Shown here piece by piece: positions 18,729 through 28,685 of a DNA stretch of 64,000 nucleotides. Below the pieces are notes generated by a model that did no database searches, was not told where the DNA came from, and saw only the letters and a program-made list of their open reading frames with translations. The position numbers and the translations under genes were made by a program. Within the stretch, counting starts at the first letter, position 1. Each line of letters starts with the position of its first letter. The DNA comes from a virus (lineage: Duplodnaviria; Caudoviricetes): positions 1-64,000 of IMG/VR virus record IMGVR_UViG_3300037067_009225; one strand, given 5' to 3'.

Positions 18729-19133
18729 TTATTCATTATTTTCTCCCTCTTCTTCAAGATGGATTGGACTTTCTGGATTACTATAATCTGTTGGATATAC
18801 ATATTCGTTATATATATCATTATATTCTTTTTCTGATACATTTTCTACTTTATATAAAACATCGTTTGTTATAAAATAAAGAATATTATTTTCTTTTTCA
18901 ATTATAGTTGAACCAACAGGTGGTGTTAATTCAATAGCAGCTTCACCTTCAGTAAAATTTGTTTCAATATATTCTAATTTTACTTCTGGTGTACCAAAAT
19001 ATGGCACATGTGGATAAACAAAATAATTATCTTCTAAAAAATTAATAAATTCTTCTTTAGTCATAACCACTGCTTCATTATAAGATTTACTCTCATTTAA
19101 TGAGAATTTGCTGAATGTTTTTATGTGTTTCAT
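18729..19133 (-). CDS. hypothetical protein, CTS-like leader
   Basis: MKHIKTFSKFSLNE. Confidence 0.65.
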   Translation of the reverse strand: MKHIKTFSKFSLNESKSYNEAVVMTKEEFINFLEDNYFVYPHVPYFGTPEVKLEYIETNFTEGEAAIELTPPVGSTIIEKENNILYFITNDVLYKVENVSEKEYNDIYNEYVYPTDYSNPESPIHLEEEGENNE

Positions 19134-19141
19134 TTATATAA

Positions 19142-19372
19142 TTATTTTTTATTAAAATCTAACCAAGTATTAACAGCTTTTAATTGTGCATCTTCCAAAT
19201 CCATTTTAGCTTCAATTGGTAAATCACCAGTTGAAATTTCTGGATAATATTCAGTTATTACACTCCAAAATGCAGCATCAGCTTCTTCTATTATATCATC
19301 AATATCTTTAATAAATTCTTTATCATCTTCGTTTAATTTATTAAATTTAGAAAATTTATTTACGTAATCCAT
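19142..19372 (-). CDS. hypothetical protein, CTS-like leader
   Basis: MDYVNKFSKFNKLNE; TAATATATA at 19395-19403. Confidence 0.65.
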   Translation of the reverse strand: MDYVNKFSKFNKLNEDDKEFIKDIDDIIEEADAAFWSVITEYYPEISTGDLPIEAKMDLEDAQLKAVNTWLDFNKK

Positions 19373-19441
19373 AATAATTATTATTGTTTTTTATTATATA
19401 TTAAAAAATTATATCAAGAATTTTAATATATAATTAAAATA

Positions 19442-20058
19442 ATGAAACATTATATCTACATATCCATAAATGATTTTTTAAATGAAAAAAGTGAATTTAA
19501 AGATTATTTTATTTTATATCATTCAACTGATAGTGATTTTTTAATACAATAAAATATGATAATGCTAAAAAAGGTGAAAGATATTTTAACCCATTAGGTA
19601 ATGGTTTATATTTTTCTACAAATTTGAATTTTTCAAAAACATTTGGAAAAAATACATATTATTATTTATTACCTAAAAATAGTAAAATAAAGAAAATTAC
19701 TTTTCGTTCTTGGAGAGAAACTAATTTTTTACATATTGTTAAATTAGTACTTAAAAAATATAATATAGATTATTGGAATGATACTAATCATATTCAAAAA
19801 GTTGAATTGAATAATTTAAGTAATGACACACCAATATCATCTTTAAATTCCTTAGAGTTTCTATTAAGAGAAGAATATAATCTAAATAATGTACAAGAAA
19901 CTATTGAAAATGTTGTTGATAAAATAAATTCTAAATATGATGCTATATGGTATAAAGACACTGACTACTATCAAAAAGCAGATGAAATACTTATACCTGA
20001 AAAATCATTTAGAAAAGATTTGTTTTTTGAAAAATTACCACAATTTAATTTATATTAA
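19442..20058 (+). CDS. ADP-ribosyltransferase-like protein interrupted by a -1 frameshift at a T6 run (19537-19542)
   Basis: MKHYIYISINDFLNE...LYHST in frame 1; LGNGLYFSTN..FG...YDAI..DEI continues into ORF 19624-20058. Confidence 0.6.
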
Positions 20059-20110
20059 ATCATTTAGACCCAACTAAATATAATATATAAATTAAAATAA
20101 ATATTTAATA

Positions 20111-21088
20111 ATGATTTTAGATAAAATTATAAAAATGAAATGGAATAGCTATAATAAAAAATATTATGAAAATAAAGGTTATATCTATACTAAAATGTTT
20201 GAAATGTTTGATTTAAAAATTGAAGATTTAAATAAAAATTCAAGTTATTATATTAAATGTAAATGTGAAAATTGTGAAACAGAATTAAATGTTAGGTATG
20301 TTGATTATATTAAATCAACTAAAAATTTATCAGAATCATATTATTGTACTCACTGTAAATATATAAAATATAAACAAACTTGTATAGAAAAATATGGAGT
20401 GGAAAATGTTAGTATGAATAAAGATATAAAACAAAAAAGGAGAGAAACTAATTTAAAAAGATATGGTGTTGAAAACTTATTTCAATCAAATGAAATTTTA
20501 CAAAAAATAAAAAACACAAATTTGGATAGATATGGTGTAGAATATCCATTTCAATCAAATATTATTCAAGAAAAGGCTAAAGAAACTTTTAAAAATAAAT
20601 ATAATGTAGATAATCCATCAAAAAATATTGATATAATAAATAAGATTAAATCAGTTTTTATGGAAAAATATGGTGTTGAAAATCCTATGTTCTTAGAAGA
20701 ATTTAGAGAAAAAATTATTCAAACTCAAATTGATAAATATGGAGAAATATATGCTTATTATATTCCTAAATATAATCCACTTTCTATAATTATATTTGAT
20801 GAAATTTCAGAAAAATTAAATATAAATATTCAACATGCATTAGATGGCGGTGAAAAGAAATTTCAACGTTATTGGGTAGATGGTTATATTGAATCAAAAA
20901 ATATAGTTATAGAATGGGATGAAAAATATCATAATAAAATAAAGGATAAAGATATAATAAGACAAAAATGGATAGAAGATAATTTTAAATGTAAATTTAT
21001 TCGTATTGTTCAAGAAGAATATTTACATAATAAAGATGTAGTAATTAATGATATTTTAGTTAAAATAAATAAATTAATTACATCTTAG
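20111..21088 (+). CDS. homing-type endonuclease (KYGVEN repeats plus PD-(D/E)xK-like domain)
   Basis: CxC..CxxC; repeated (E/K)(K/R)YGVEN; C-terminal VDGY..IEWDE..H. Confidence 0.7.
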   Translation: MILDKIIKMKWNSYNKKYYENKGYIYTKMFEMFDLKIEDLNKNSSYYIKCKCENCETELNVRYVDYIKSTKNLSESYYCTHCKYIKYKQTCIEKYGVENVSMNKDIKQKRRETNLKRYGVENLFQSNEILQKIKNTNLDRYGVEYPFQSNIIQEKAKETFKNKYNVDNPSKNIDIINKIKSVFMEKYGVENPMFLEEFREKIIQTQIDKYGEIYAYYIPKYNPLSIIIFDEISEKLNINIQHALDGGEKKFQRYWVDGYIESKNIVIEWDEKYHNKIKDKDIIRQKWIEDNFKCKFIRIVQEEYLHNKDVVINDILVKINKLITS

Positions 21089-21913
21089 ATTTTTCAACAT
21101 ATTAATTAATTCTGGTTGTGGATGACAATCACTTTTTCCATTTCCTCTGTAACTAACATGGGTATAAACCCCTGTTTTAGAAGATAATGCATTCATTGAA
21201 ACATCCCACATATCTGAATTATAAGTTAAATCTATTTTATATTTATCACCCCAATAAATTAATAATTTTCTTACGGCTTCTATTTGAGCATCTGTATATT
21301 TTTCATAAACATTATAACCCATAAAACCATTATTATATTCTACTATATCTTTTATAGGCATAACTTTAGTATAAGCAACATATTTCTTTTTGTTTTCATC
21401 CCATTTTGCTGGATACCAAAAATTACCATCTTTAATTAACCAACCCCAAGAATCAATTTCAATACCAATTGATTGTTTATTTAATAAAGTATTTCTTGTT
21501 GCATAATCACTAAAACCTTTTGCTTTTAAGAATTCTGATTTTATACCAAGGTGATGACCCCAATATAAACTACTAAAACACTGATATATTTTACCATCTC
21601 TACCTATAATCATAGCTGTACCAATTCTTTCTACTGTACTTCTCCACCAAGATATATCACCATCTACACCTTGCCCCGAAACTGTATGATGTAATACGAT
21701 TTGAGTTTTATTAGTTTGTTCTCTGAAATATTGATTATCTGGAAAATCAACTTGAATAATACTATTTAAATCTAATTTTTCTAATTCTTTTTTTTCAGTA
21801 TTAGTTGTTGCTTTAGCTTGACTTTTCGTATCTGGTAATAAACCATAACTTAATTTATTATTACTTTTAAAAATATTATCAAAATTAAATATGTTATTAT
21901 AAAATGTTTTCAT
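21074..21913 (-). CDS. N-acetylmuramoyl-L-alanine amidase (Amidase_2)
   Basis: IVLHHT, SIGIEI, YTDAQ, THVS..KSDCHP. Confidence 0.85.
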   Translation of the reverse strand: MKTFYNNIFNFDNIFKSNNKLSYGLLPDTKSQAKATTNTEKKELEKLDLNSIIQVDFPDNQYFREQTNKTQIVLHHTVSGQGVDGDISWWRSTVERIGTAMIIGRDGKIYQCFSSLYWGHHLGIKSEFLKAKGFSDYATRNTLLNKQSIGIEIDSWGWLIKDGNFWYPAKWDENKKKYVAYTKVMPIKDIVEYNNGFMGYNVYEKYTDAQIEAVRKLLIYWGDKYKIDLTYNSDMWDVSMNALSSKTGVYTHVSYRGNGKSDCHPQPELINMLKNLRCN

Positions 21914-21917
21914 GTTT

Positions 21918-22538
21918 TTATTTAATTATATTTTTACATTTGATTAACCATAACTTCCTGTCTTCCAATCCGTTAGTTCCACCATTAATCTTTTTAGTTA
22001 TAGTTAATATATTATCTTGGTCTGCATATTGATTTAAGCTACGACTATTCCAAAACCATCCAGCACTGATAGTTGAATATAGTTGTTGTTCTAAATATTC
22101 AGGATGATTTACAAAATCTATTTTAAAACTTTCTGTAAGTAATTGATAATTAGATTTTCCTGTAGTTTGAATATTTCCACGACCTCTATATTTCCAACCA
22201 TCACCTGAATTTTCATCTCCATTACCCATTCTATTTGCATATACTTTATTAGCAATTTTTTGGGGATTTTTAGCATATTGATTAGCTATTTCAAGTGTAG
22301 GAAAATATTTAGGAAAAGTTTTCATCAAACCTTGTGCTGAATAATTTAAATTTTCAGATGTATATTTAAAAGCTCCAGATTCATGTAATATTTGAGCTAA
22401 AAAATGACAAACTCTCAAAATATTATTAATATGATATTTATCAAAAGTTTCATTTAATGAATTTACAATTTGTGTTGTTTTATTATCATCGTAAATATTT
22501 CCGATTATACCTTTAAGTTGTTCATTTGTAATGTGCAT
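21918..22538 (-). CDS. glycoside hydrolase family 19 endolysin
   Basis: FLAQILHES, ENLNYS, YRGRGNIQTTG, INGGTNGLEDR. Confidence 0.92.
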   Translation of the reverse strand: MHITNEQLKGIIGNIYDDNKTTQIVNSLNETFDKYHINNILRVCHFLAQILHESGAFKYTSENLNYSAQGLMKTFPKYFPTLEIANQYAKNPQKIANKVYANRMGNGDENSGDGWKYRGRGNIQTTGKSNYQLLTESFKIDFVNHPEYLEQQLYSTISAGWFWNSRSLNQYADQDNILTITKKINGGTNGLEDRKLWLIKCKNIIK

Positions 22539-22580
22539 ATACTATTAATTATTTTTTAATTATATATTAATAATATGTAG

Positions 22581-22652
22581 TTATAAATTAATTAATTTAT
22601 AATGTAAAATATATTTTACAAAAACATCACATATTGTAAAATATATTTAACA
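22581..22652. promoter_or_regulatory. palindrome cluster upstream of lysin promoter
   Basis: 22 bp palindrome 22581-22602; TGTAAAATATATTTTACA 22603-22620; one-mismatch copy 22635-22652. Confidence 0.5.
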
Positions 22653-22706
22653 TTATTTTTAGACTTCTCGCCAAATTTTCCGATTTAGCACTAAAAAAAA
22701 GATAAA

Positions 22707-23087
22707 TTATTTCTTAATTAATTCATTACTTACTACATTAAAAACAACATAATGTTTATTTTGTGGGTTGTGTAATACTGAATAATTCACCTTTTTTATA
22801 TTTAAATTAATTAAGTTGCTATAATTAATAATTTCTTTTTCAAATACATGTTGAATATATCTATTTGTACTATTATTCCAATCTTTAGAAATAACAGTAA
22901 TATACCAACCATCTAAATGTTCAAAATATTCAAAACATAATTCTGTAATATCTGAACCAGTACCATTAAATTTTTTATTCGCCCAATTAATAAGATGTTC
23001 ATGTTTTTTGATTATAAAAGGTATAATTTTTTCTATTTTATTATAATCATTTTCTTTAAATTCTTCATATAATTTTAAATGTTTCAT
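22707..23087 (-). CDS. hypothetical protein, CTS-like leader
   Basis: likely start MKHLKLYEEFKE at 23087. Confidence 0.65.
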   Translation of the reverse strand: MKHLKLYEEFKENDYNKIEKIIPFIIKKHEHLINWANKKFNGTGSDITELCFEYFEHLDGWYITVISKDWNNSTNRYIQHVFEKEIINYSNLINLNIKKVNYSVLHNPQNKHYVVFNVVSNELIKK

Positions 23088-23719
23088 AGTAAATGTTTCC
23101 AATATATTAATGGTGAACCATGATAAAAAATTGTTTCACAATCATCTTCATCATAACCACCTTGTATAGTTTTTATTAATTCTTCATTTTGATATATATC
23201 AACTTTTATTATTTGGTTGAAATTTATTTCTTTAACGCATATTTCAGAATAACCACCATATTCTTCTTGTATCATACTCCATTCATAAGGTGATATAATA
23301 GATAAATTATCATTTTTTATATAATCTAATATAAAAATTAATTCTTTTTTTGTTGGTTCATCACTTAAACCACAACCATAAATAAATTCTTTTGTTAAAT
23401 TTTCTAAATTAGTTTCTGGATTAGAAATATATTCTTCAACATTACTTATTATATCATCTTTATAACCACTAATCCATATATCACCACCATAATGTTTAGT
23501 GTTTTCATTGAAACATATACTAAAAAGAACACCATTATTTATTGGAAATTTGTATGCATGTGCTGCAGTAGTTTGACCATTTGCGTAAGCTGATGCATAA
23601 CTTTTTGAAATAGATGTGTACACTAAACCACTACTAAATCCAGATGTTCTTGAAATGTTAGGTTTTATATCAAGGTTAATATTTTTTTCGTTTAAAAAAT
23701 CTAAAAAATTAATTTTCAT
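23084..23719 (-). CDS. ADP-ribosyltransferase-like protein, apparently circularly permuted; CTS-like leader
   Basis: GLVYTS..YA.AYA N-terminal, YSEI central, FYHGS at the extreme C-terminus. Confidence 0.5.
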   Translation of the reverse strand: MKINFLDFLNEKNINLDIKPNISRTSGFSSGLVYTSISKSYASAYANGQTTAAHAYKFPINNGVLFSICFNENTKHYGGDIWISGYKDDIISNVEEYISNPETNLENLTKEFIYGCGLSDEPTKKELIFILDYIKNDNLSIISPYEWSMIQEEYGGYSEICVKEINFNQIIKVDIYQNEELIKTIQGGYDEDDCETIFYHGSPLIYWKHLL

Positions 23720-23724
23720 ATCTT

Positions 23725-24165
23725 TTATAATATTTTAAATGTAACTTTCATTATATAACCATCATCAACACCATCTTCAAATGATTCAGTCCATATAAGA
23801 TCATAATTCACAAATAATAAACCTAAACTTTCCAAAGATGGTTTTAATCTTTCATCAATTAATTTTTTAACAGCCTTTTCTTTATTTAAACCTTTATATT
23901 CTTTTTTATTATATAAACTATTCCAACAATATTTACTCCAACCTTCCCAATAAACTATTTCATTGTTATTTTCATCATATTGAATATATGTTTGAAAATT
24001 ATAACCATCATGTGGGTCTAATAACATATCAGTATCAGGATCATCAATATAATTTTCGTAATCATTATTTTTAATCGCTGAAAGAACTTCATCAACACTA
24101 TCTATTCTTGATGCATCTGATAAATATTTACATGAATATTCTTCAAATAATTTTAAATGTTTCAT
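23725..24165 (-). CDS. hypothetical protein, CTS-like leader
   Basis: MKHLKLFEEY. Confidence 0.65.
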   Translation of the reverse strand: MKHLKLFEEYSCKYLSDASRIDSVDEVLSAIKNNDYENYIDDPDTDMLLDPHDGYNFQTYIQYDENNNEIVYWEGWSKYCWNSLYNKKEYKGLNKEKAVKKLIDERLKPSLESLGLLFVNYDLIWTESFEDGVDDGYIMKVTFKIL

Positions 24166-25064
24166 AATTTATATTTATTAAATTTATATGCTCTTACATA
24201 ATCTACTAAAAATTCTGAATAATAATTAGTATCTTTTTCTGTAATATATATTTCATTACTAAAATTTATAGAATGATTAACAACAATCCACATTTTTGCT
24301 ATATCTTTATTAAACCATTCTAATTCTTTTTTTCCAGTAAACCTCATTATTGTAACACCATCTGTTATAAATTTAATTTTAGTGGGTGTCCATTCAACAG
24401 CAAATTCATGAAATTTATTTTTATTAGAAATATCATCAATTTTTACTACCCATTTTGGTAAACTTTTTTTAGAACCTTCTTCAACAATACCCCAATGTAA
24501 ATCAGGTTTTTGAATACCTGCACGTTTTCCATCTTCGCCACCATTTAATTCAAAAACGTCTATTTCTGGAGGCCAAGTTGAACCCCAAAGCCAAAATGCT
24601 GGAAATGCACCTCTATCATAAGGTATTGTACATCTACACTCAAATCTACCATATTGTTGTTTAAAAGATATTGGTGTTGATATTAAACTAACTTTAAATG
24701 GTATTGTAATTGGTTTTCCTGTTTTAAAATCATCAGGAAAAGTTTTAGGTTTATATTCAACAGTAAATTTAGCTAATGATGTGTTTTTTATTAATTTTGG
24801 TTCACCATAATATACAGTTGGTTTATCTGGATGAAATGAACCCCAACCTTCTCCAAGTATCCAAGGTTGTTCTGTATCAGAATATCCCCAAGACACTTTA
24901 TCAAAATCATCATTAAATGTTAATATTTTATCTTTTTTATTTTTTGATGATGTGTTTTTTAATTTTTTTTTATAAAATTTTCTATAAAAACCAAATCTTA
25001 TTTTATAGAAAATATTTAAAAAATAATCTGTTATTGGAACATTTCTTACATATATTTGTTTCAT
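24162..25064 (-). CDS. glycoside hydrolase family 16
   Basis: YGRFE, FPAFWL, WPPEIDVFE catalytic ExDxxE, FH..AVEW, VDYVRAY. Confidence 0.88.
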   Translation of the reverse strand: MKQIYVRNVPITDYFLNIFYKIRFGFYRKFYKKKLKNTSSKNKKDKILTFNDDFDKVSWGYSDTEQPWILGEGWGSFHPDKPTVYYGEPKLIKNTSLAKFTVEYKPKTFPDDFKTGKPITIPFKVSLISTPISFKQQYGRFECRCTIPYDRGAFPAFWLWGSTWPPEIDVFELNGGEDGKRAGIQKPDLHWGIVEEGSKKSLPKWVVKIDDISNKNKFHEFAVEWTPTKIKFITDGVTIMRFTGKKELEWFNKDIAKMWIVVNHSINFSNEIYITEKDTNYYSEFLVDYVRAYKFNKYKL

Positions 25065-25081
25065 ATTTATTATTTTTATTT

Positions 25082-25591
25082 TTAAATACCTTTTTTCCAA
25101 ATATAAAAATCATTTTTAACACCATCATAAGCAAAACCTGTTATAACAGATATTATTTTAATAACAGATTCTTTTGTTAATTTAGTTTCAAATGTTTTTT
25201 TTAATTCTTCTTTATTTATTAAAGAAAGTGGTGATATTGTAACACCAAATGTTGTTATTTGTTGTGGTAATTCATTATAAAATGTAGTTATACAATAATT
25301 AATAATATTTTCTTTAATTTTATCTACTTCATAAGTGTGAAAACAATGAACTTCCATAACAACTCTATTATTGTTTAATAAATCACCAGTTATATCATTA
25401 ACTTTAAAAATATGTTTTTTCTTATCAACTATACTAATATATTGTTTATATGTTTTGTAGTGATCTTCAATTGCGATTACGTGTTTATCTGATGCAAATT
25501 CTACATTAGGTAAAAATTCATCAATTTTTACATTTGGAATGTAAAAATTTTCATTTATTTTGTAATCTTTAAATAATCTTATATTATCCAT
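25082..25591 (-). CDS. hypothetical protein, CTS-like leader
   Basis: MDNIRLFKDYKINE. Confidence 0.65.
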   Translation of the reverse strand: MDNIRLFKDYKINENFYIPNVKIDEFLPNVEFASDKHVIAIEDHYKTYKQYISIVDKKKHIFKVNDITGDLLNNNRVVMEVHCFHTYEVDKIKENIINYCITTFYNELPQQITTFGVTISPLSLINKEELKKTFETKLTKESVIKIISVITGFAYDGVKNDFYIWKKGI

Positions 25592-25592
25592 A

Positions 25593-25919
25593 TTATCTTA
25601 AATTATTTTGTAAAAAATTCGAAAAATTTTCAACTATTTTTTCTTTTTTCTTTTTTGAATTTTTATCTTTTTCTAAAGCTTCTCTATCTTCTAATATATC
25701 ATTTAATATTTCTCTAACTAATTTTCTATATTCATCCATTGATTCAAAATTTTCAGATTCTATTTCATTTATATCAGACACAAGTTCAGAAAATCTTTTT
25801 GGATTAGAAAAATATTTTTTTAAATATTTTATAGATAATGATTTATTAGCATAAGTATCAATAATAGAATCAAGCCTATTAAAAATATTTTTTTTTATTT
25901 TTTTATCTAAATGTAACAT
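25593..25919 (-). CDS. hypothetical late protein
   Basis: TAATATATA at 25948-25956. Confidence 0.65.
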   Translation of the reverse strand: MLHLDKKIKKNIFNRLDSIIDTYANKSLSIKYLKKYFSNPKRFSELVSDINEIESENFESMDEYRKLVREILNDILEDREALEKDKNSKKKKEKIVENFSNFLQNNLR

Positions 25920-26032
25920 TTATAGAAATCATTTATTTTTATTATATTATATATTAAAAAAAATAAAACTGTTTTTTAAAATATAAAAACTTGTTTTTTT
26001 ATTTTATATATACATAAAAAACAAACAAAACT

Positions 26033-26674
26033 ATGGCATCAGTAAGTGAATTTTTTCAAGATATTGAAATAAATCCAAAAAAATCTAAAAATATAATTAA
26101 ATGGATTGTTTATATATCATTATTTTTAATAATGGGTGCTTTTACTACTGGTCAGATATTAACAAATAAAATTAATAAATTAAATAAAATAGAAACACAA
26201 GTATCATCAATAGATAAAAAAATTACAATATTATCTATTAAAACAGATTCAGCATTTAAATCAGTTGATAAAAAATTTCAAGATGGATATTCTAATGGTT
26301 TAGATATTATGGATAATTATCAAGAGCATGTTCAAAGTCAATTAGAACTTTTAGTGGATTATGGTAGTGAAAATAAAGAATTATTAAAAAGTGCATTAAA
26401 ACTTAGAGAAAGTGATAATGAAAGATTAATAAATCAAACTGTTGAAGCTGCTATAAAAGATTTAAATAATGTAAAGAGTAATAATGATATTGATGATAAT
26501 AAAACACACAACCAAAGTGAAATAAAAGTAATATCAAAATCAGATTTAGATAAATCTTTAACTTTAGATAATGTTAGAATAGAACAATTAGACAGTATAT
26601 CAATAAATAATAAAATTTTATATATTGAATTATTACCTAATGGTAACTATTCTATAAAATATATTAAAAAATAA
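26033..26674 (+). CDS. single-TM coiled-coil protein (possible lysis/spanin-like)
   Basis: TM at about residues 20-40, then coiled coil. Confidence 0.5.
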   Translation: MASVSEFFQDIEINPKKSKNIIKWIVYISLFLIMGAFTTGQILTNKINKLNKIETQVSSIDKKITILSIKTDSAFKSVDKKFQDGYSNGLDIMDNYQEHVQSQLELLVDYGSENKELLKSALKLRESDNERLINQTVEAAIKDLNNVKSNNDIDDNKTHNQSEIKVISKSDLDKSLTLDNVRIEQLDSISINNKILYIELLPNGNYSIKYIKK

Positions 26675-26727
26675 TATAACTATTTTTCAACTTTTTACGT
26701 ATAACGTGAATATTTATTTAAAAAATA

Positions 26728-26759
26728 TTTGCATATAATAAAAATTTATATTACATTTG
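26728..26759 (+). promoter_or_regulatory. Bacteroidota primary-sigma promoter of the phage sigma gene
   Basis: TTTG-N20-TACATTTG. Confidence 0.75.
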
Positions 26760-26808
26760 CGAATTGCTTTTTTGAAAATTAGTTTCTAAACCTTTTAAAA
26801 AACTTTTA

Positions 26809-27666
26809 ATGAAGCCTTTTAGAATTAATAAAAGAATTTCCCAAAACGATGAGTCTAAATCTCTTGATTCTTATTTCAGAGATGTCCGTAAAATTGATTT
26901 GTTATCTGTTGATGATGAAGTTGCTTTGATACAACTTGCACAACAAGGTGATAAAAAAGCTAAAGAAAAAATAATCAATGCAAATTTAAGGTTTGTTATA
27001 TCTGTTGCAAAACAGTATCAAGACCAAGGTTTGTTGTTACCTGATTTAATTAATGAAGGTAACATTGGATTGATTGAATCTATTAACACCTTTGATTTGA
27101 CTTTTGGTTATAGGTTTATATCTTATGCTGTTCATAGAATAAGAATGCATATTATAAAGTCTATTTGTGATAATTCAAGAATTGTTAGATTACCTCACAA
27201 TAAACTTTCTGATATCAACAAATTGAAAAAAATTATCAGAAAGAAAACACAAGAGCTTCAAAGAGAACCTTATCCAGAAGATTTAGTTTCAGAAGAATTT
27301 CCTTTGGAATATGTAAACTATTTGCTTTTTATAAGCAAAGAAACATCAAATCTTGAATCACCAACATCTAATGATGAAGAAAATAAACTTATTGATACTA
27401 TTGAAGATTCTAATTCAATTAAACCTGATGAAAATTCTAATAATTTATCTTTAAAAACTGACATCAAAAGGTCTTTAAATGTATTAGAAGAAAAAAAAGA
27501 AAGACAAATTATTGAAATGCTTTTTGGGATAGATAGAATTGAAATGAATATTGATGATGTTGCTGAATATTTTGGTTTAACTAAAGAATGTATCAGACAA
27601 ATAAAAATAAAAGCTTTAAGAAAAATTAAAATGACTAATGAACATATCTTATCTACACATCTTTAA
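26809..27666 (+). CDS. RNA polymerase sigma70 factor, Bacteroidota RpoD-like (no region 1.1)
   Basis: ANLRFVISVAKQYQ, DLINEGNIGLI, FISYAV, region 4 LTKECIRQIK.KAL.K. Confidence 0.92.
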   Translation: MKPFRINKRISQNDESKSLDSYFRDVRKIDLLSVDDEVALIQLAQQGDKKAKEKIINANLRFVISVAKQYQDQGLLLPDLINEGNIGLIESINTFDLTFGYRFISYAVHRIRMHIIKSICDNSRIVRLPHNKLSDINKLKKIIRKKTQELQREPYPEDLVSEEFPLEYVNYLLFISKETSNLESPTSNDEENKLIDTIEDSNSIKPDENSNNLSLKTDIKRSLNVLEEKKERQIIEMLFGIDRIEMNIDDVAEYFGLTKECIRQIKIKALRKIKMTNEHILSTHL

Positions 27667-27690
27667 TATGAAACTAAGTTTAAAATTTAA

Positions 27691-27717
27691 AAGGTGCTAT
27701 ATTATAGCACCTTTTTT
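27691..27717. terminator. bidirectional terminator-like hairpin
   Basis: AAGGTGCTATA/TATAGCACCTT between convergent genes. Confidence 0.7.
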
Positions 27718-28625
27718 GTTTCTATATCTAATATATCATGTATATTTTTGTTTGATTTATAATTTATGGTAATTAATTTTAAGTTTTTTCTTAAACAATA
27801 TTCAACCTTAATATTATCTCTAATTTTTTGTTTTTCTAATGCTATATTTCCACCATACAAATTATTAGGCTTATAATGTTGTTCACCATTATATTCAATT
27901 AATAAATTATATTCAGGTAGATAAAAATCAAAATATAATTTTCTATATAATTTACAATCTTCAAAAGATTTTTCTTTTTCAAATAAAATATTATTGTTTT
28001 TTAAATATTCTTCTATTATAATAACACCTTTAGAAACTGGTTTGCAAAATTTACATCCAAATTTTTTGTTTAAATGGTTATCAACATATTGTTCAAATAT
28101 ATTTCCGCATTTTTTGCATTTTAATTTTATGATGCTATATTTACCTCTTTTCTTTAATTCTAAATATTTATATTTATTATTATGAATTTTATTACCAATA
28201 TCTTTTATTTCTTCTAAATTATATCTTAATCTTTTTTTACATTTTGGACATTCACATTTTTTATTTAAATGATTATCTATTAATTGTTTAAAAATATGTG
28301 AACATTCTTTACATTTTATTTTTAAATATCTTTTATTTTTAATATTGATTATATCAATATATTCATATTTATCATTATGAATTTTTTTACCTATTTCTTT
28401 TATTTCATCTAAACTGTATTTTTTGTTTCTTTTACATTTTGGACAGTCACATTTTAATTTAATATGTGAATATATAACCTGATTAAATTCATTATTACAA
28501 TTTTTACATTTTAAATGTATATGCTTTTTACCTTTGATATTAATAAAACCTAAATATTCATATTTATTGTTATGGATAATGTTACCCATTTCTTCTATTT
28601 CTTTTAAATTATATTTTTTTGGCAT
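27702..28625 (-). CDS. homing-type endonuclease with CxxC repeats (DUF559/Vsr-like C-terminus)
   Basis: three IHNNKY..CxxC..H..CPKC repeats; FDFYLP..LIEYNGEQH. Confidence 0.75.
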   Translation of the reverse strand: MPKKYNLKEIEEMGNIIHNNKYEYLGFINIKGKKHIHLKCKNCNNEFNQVIYSHIKLKCDCPKCKRNKKYSLDEIKEIGKKIHNDKYEYIDIINIKNKRYLKIKCKECSHIFKQLIDNHLNKKCECPKCKKRLRYNLEEIKDIGNKIHNNKYKYLELKKRGKYSIIKLKCKKCGNIFEQYVDNHLNKKFGCKFCKPVSKGVIIIEEYLKNNNILFEKEKSFEDCKLYRKLYFDFYLPEYNLLIEYNGEQHYKPNNLYGGNIALEKQKIRDNIKVEYCLRKNLKLITINYKSNKNIHDILDIETKKVL

Positions 28626-28685
28626 TATGTAAACAAATCTTTTATTTGTATATATAATATTATTAATGAATTGAAAATAAATAAA

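Noticed and set aside
19530-19550. Programmed -1 frameshift at T TTT TTA in the ART-like gene
   Set aside because: Similar one-base losses in homopolymers break ORFs near 44200 (A6) and 45550 (T6). The same heptamer also occurs earlier in this gene and would lead to a stop. Sequencing or assembly indels are simpler; check the reads.
27590-27625. RQIKIKAL in the sigma factor matches the RxxK tag
   Set aside because: It is the normal region 4.2 helix, so it is not counted as a tag, although mimicry cannot be excluded
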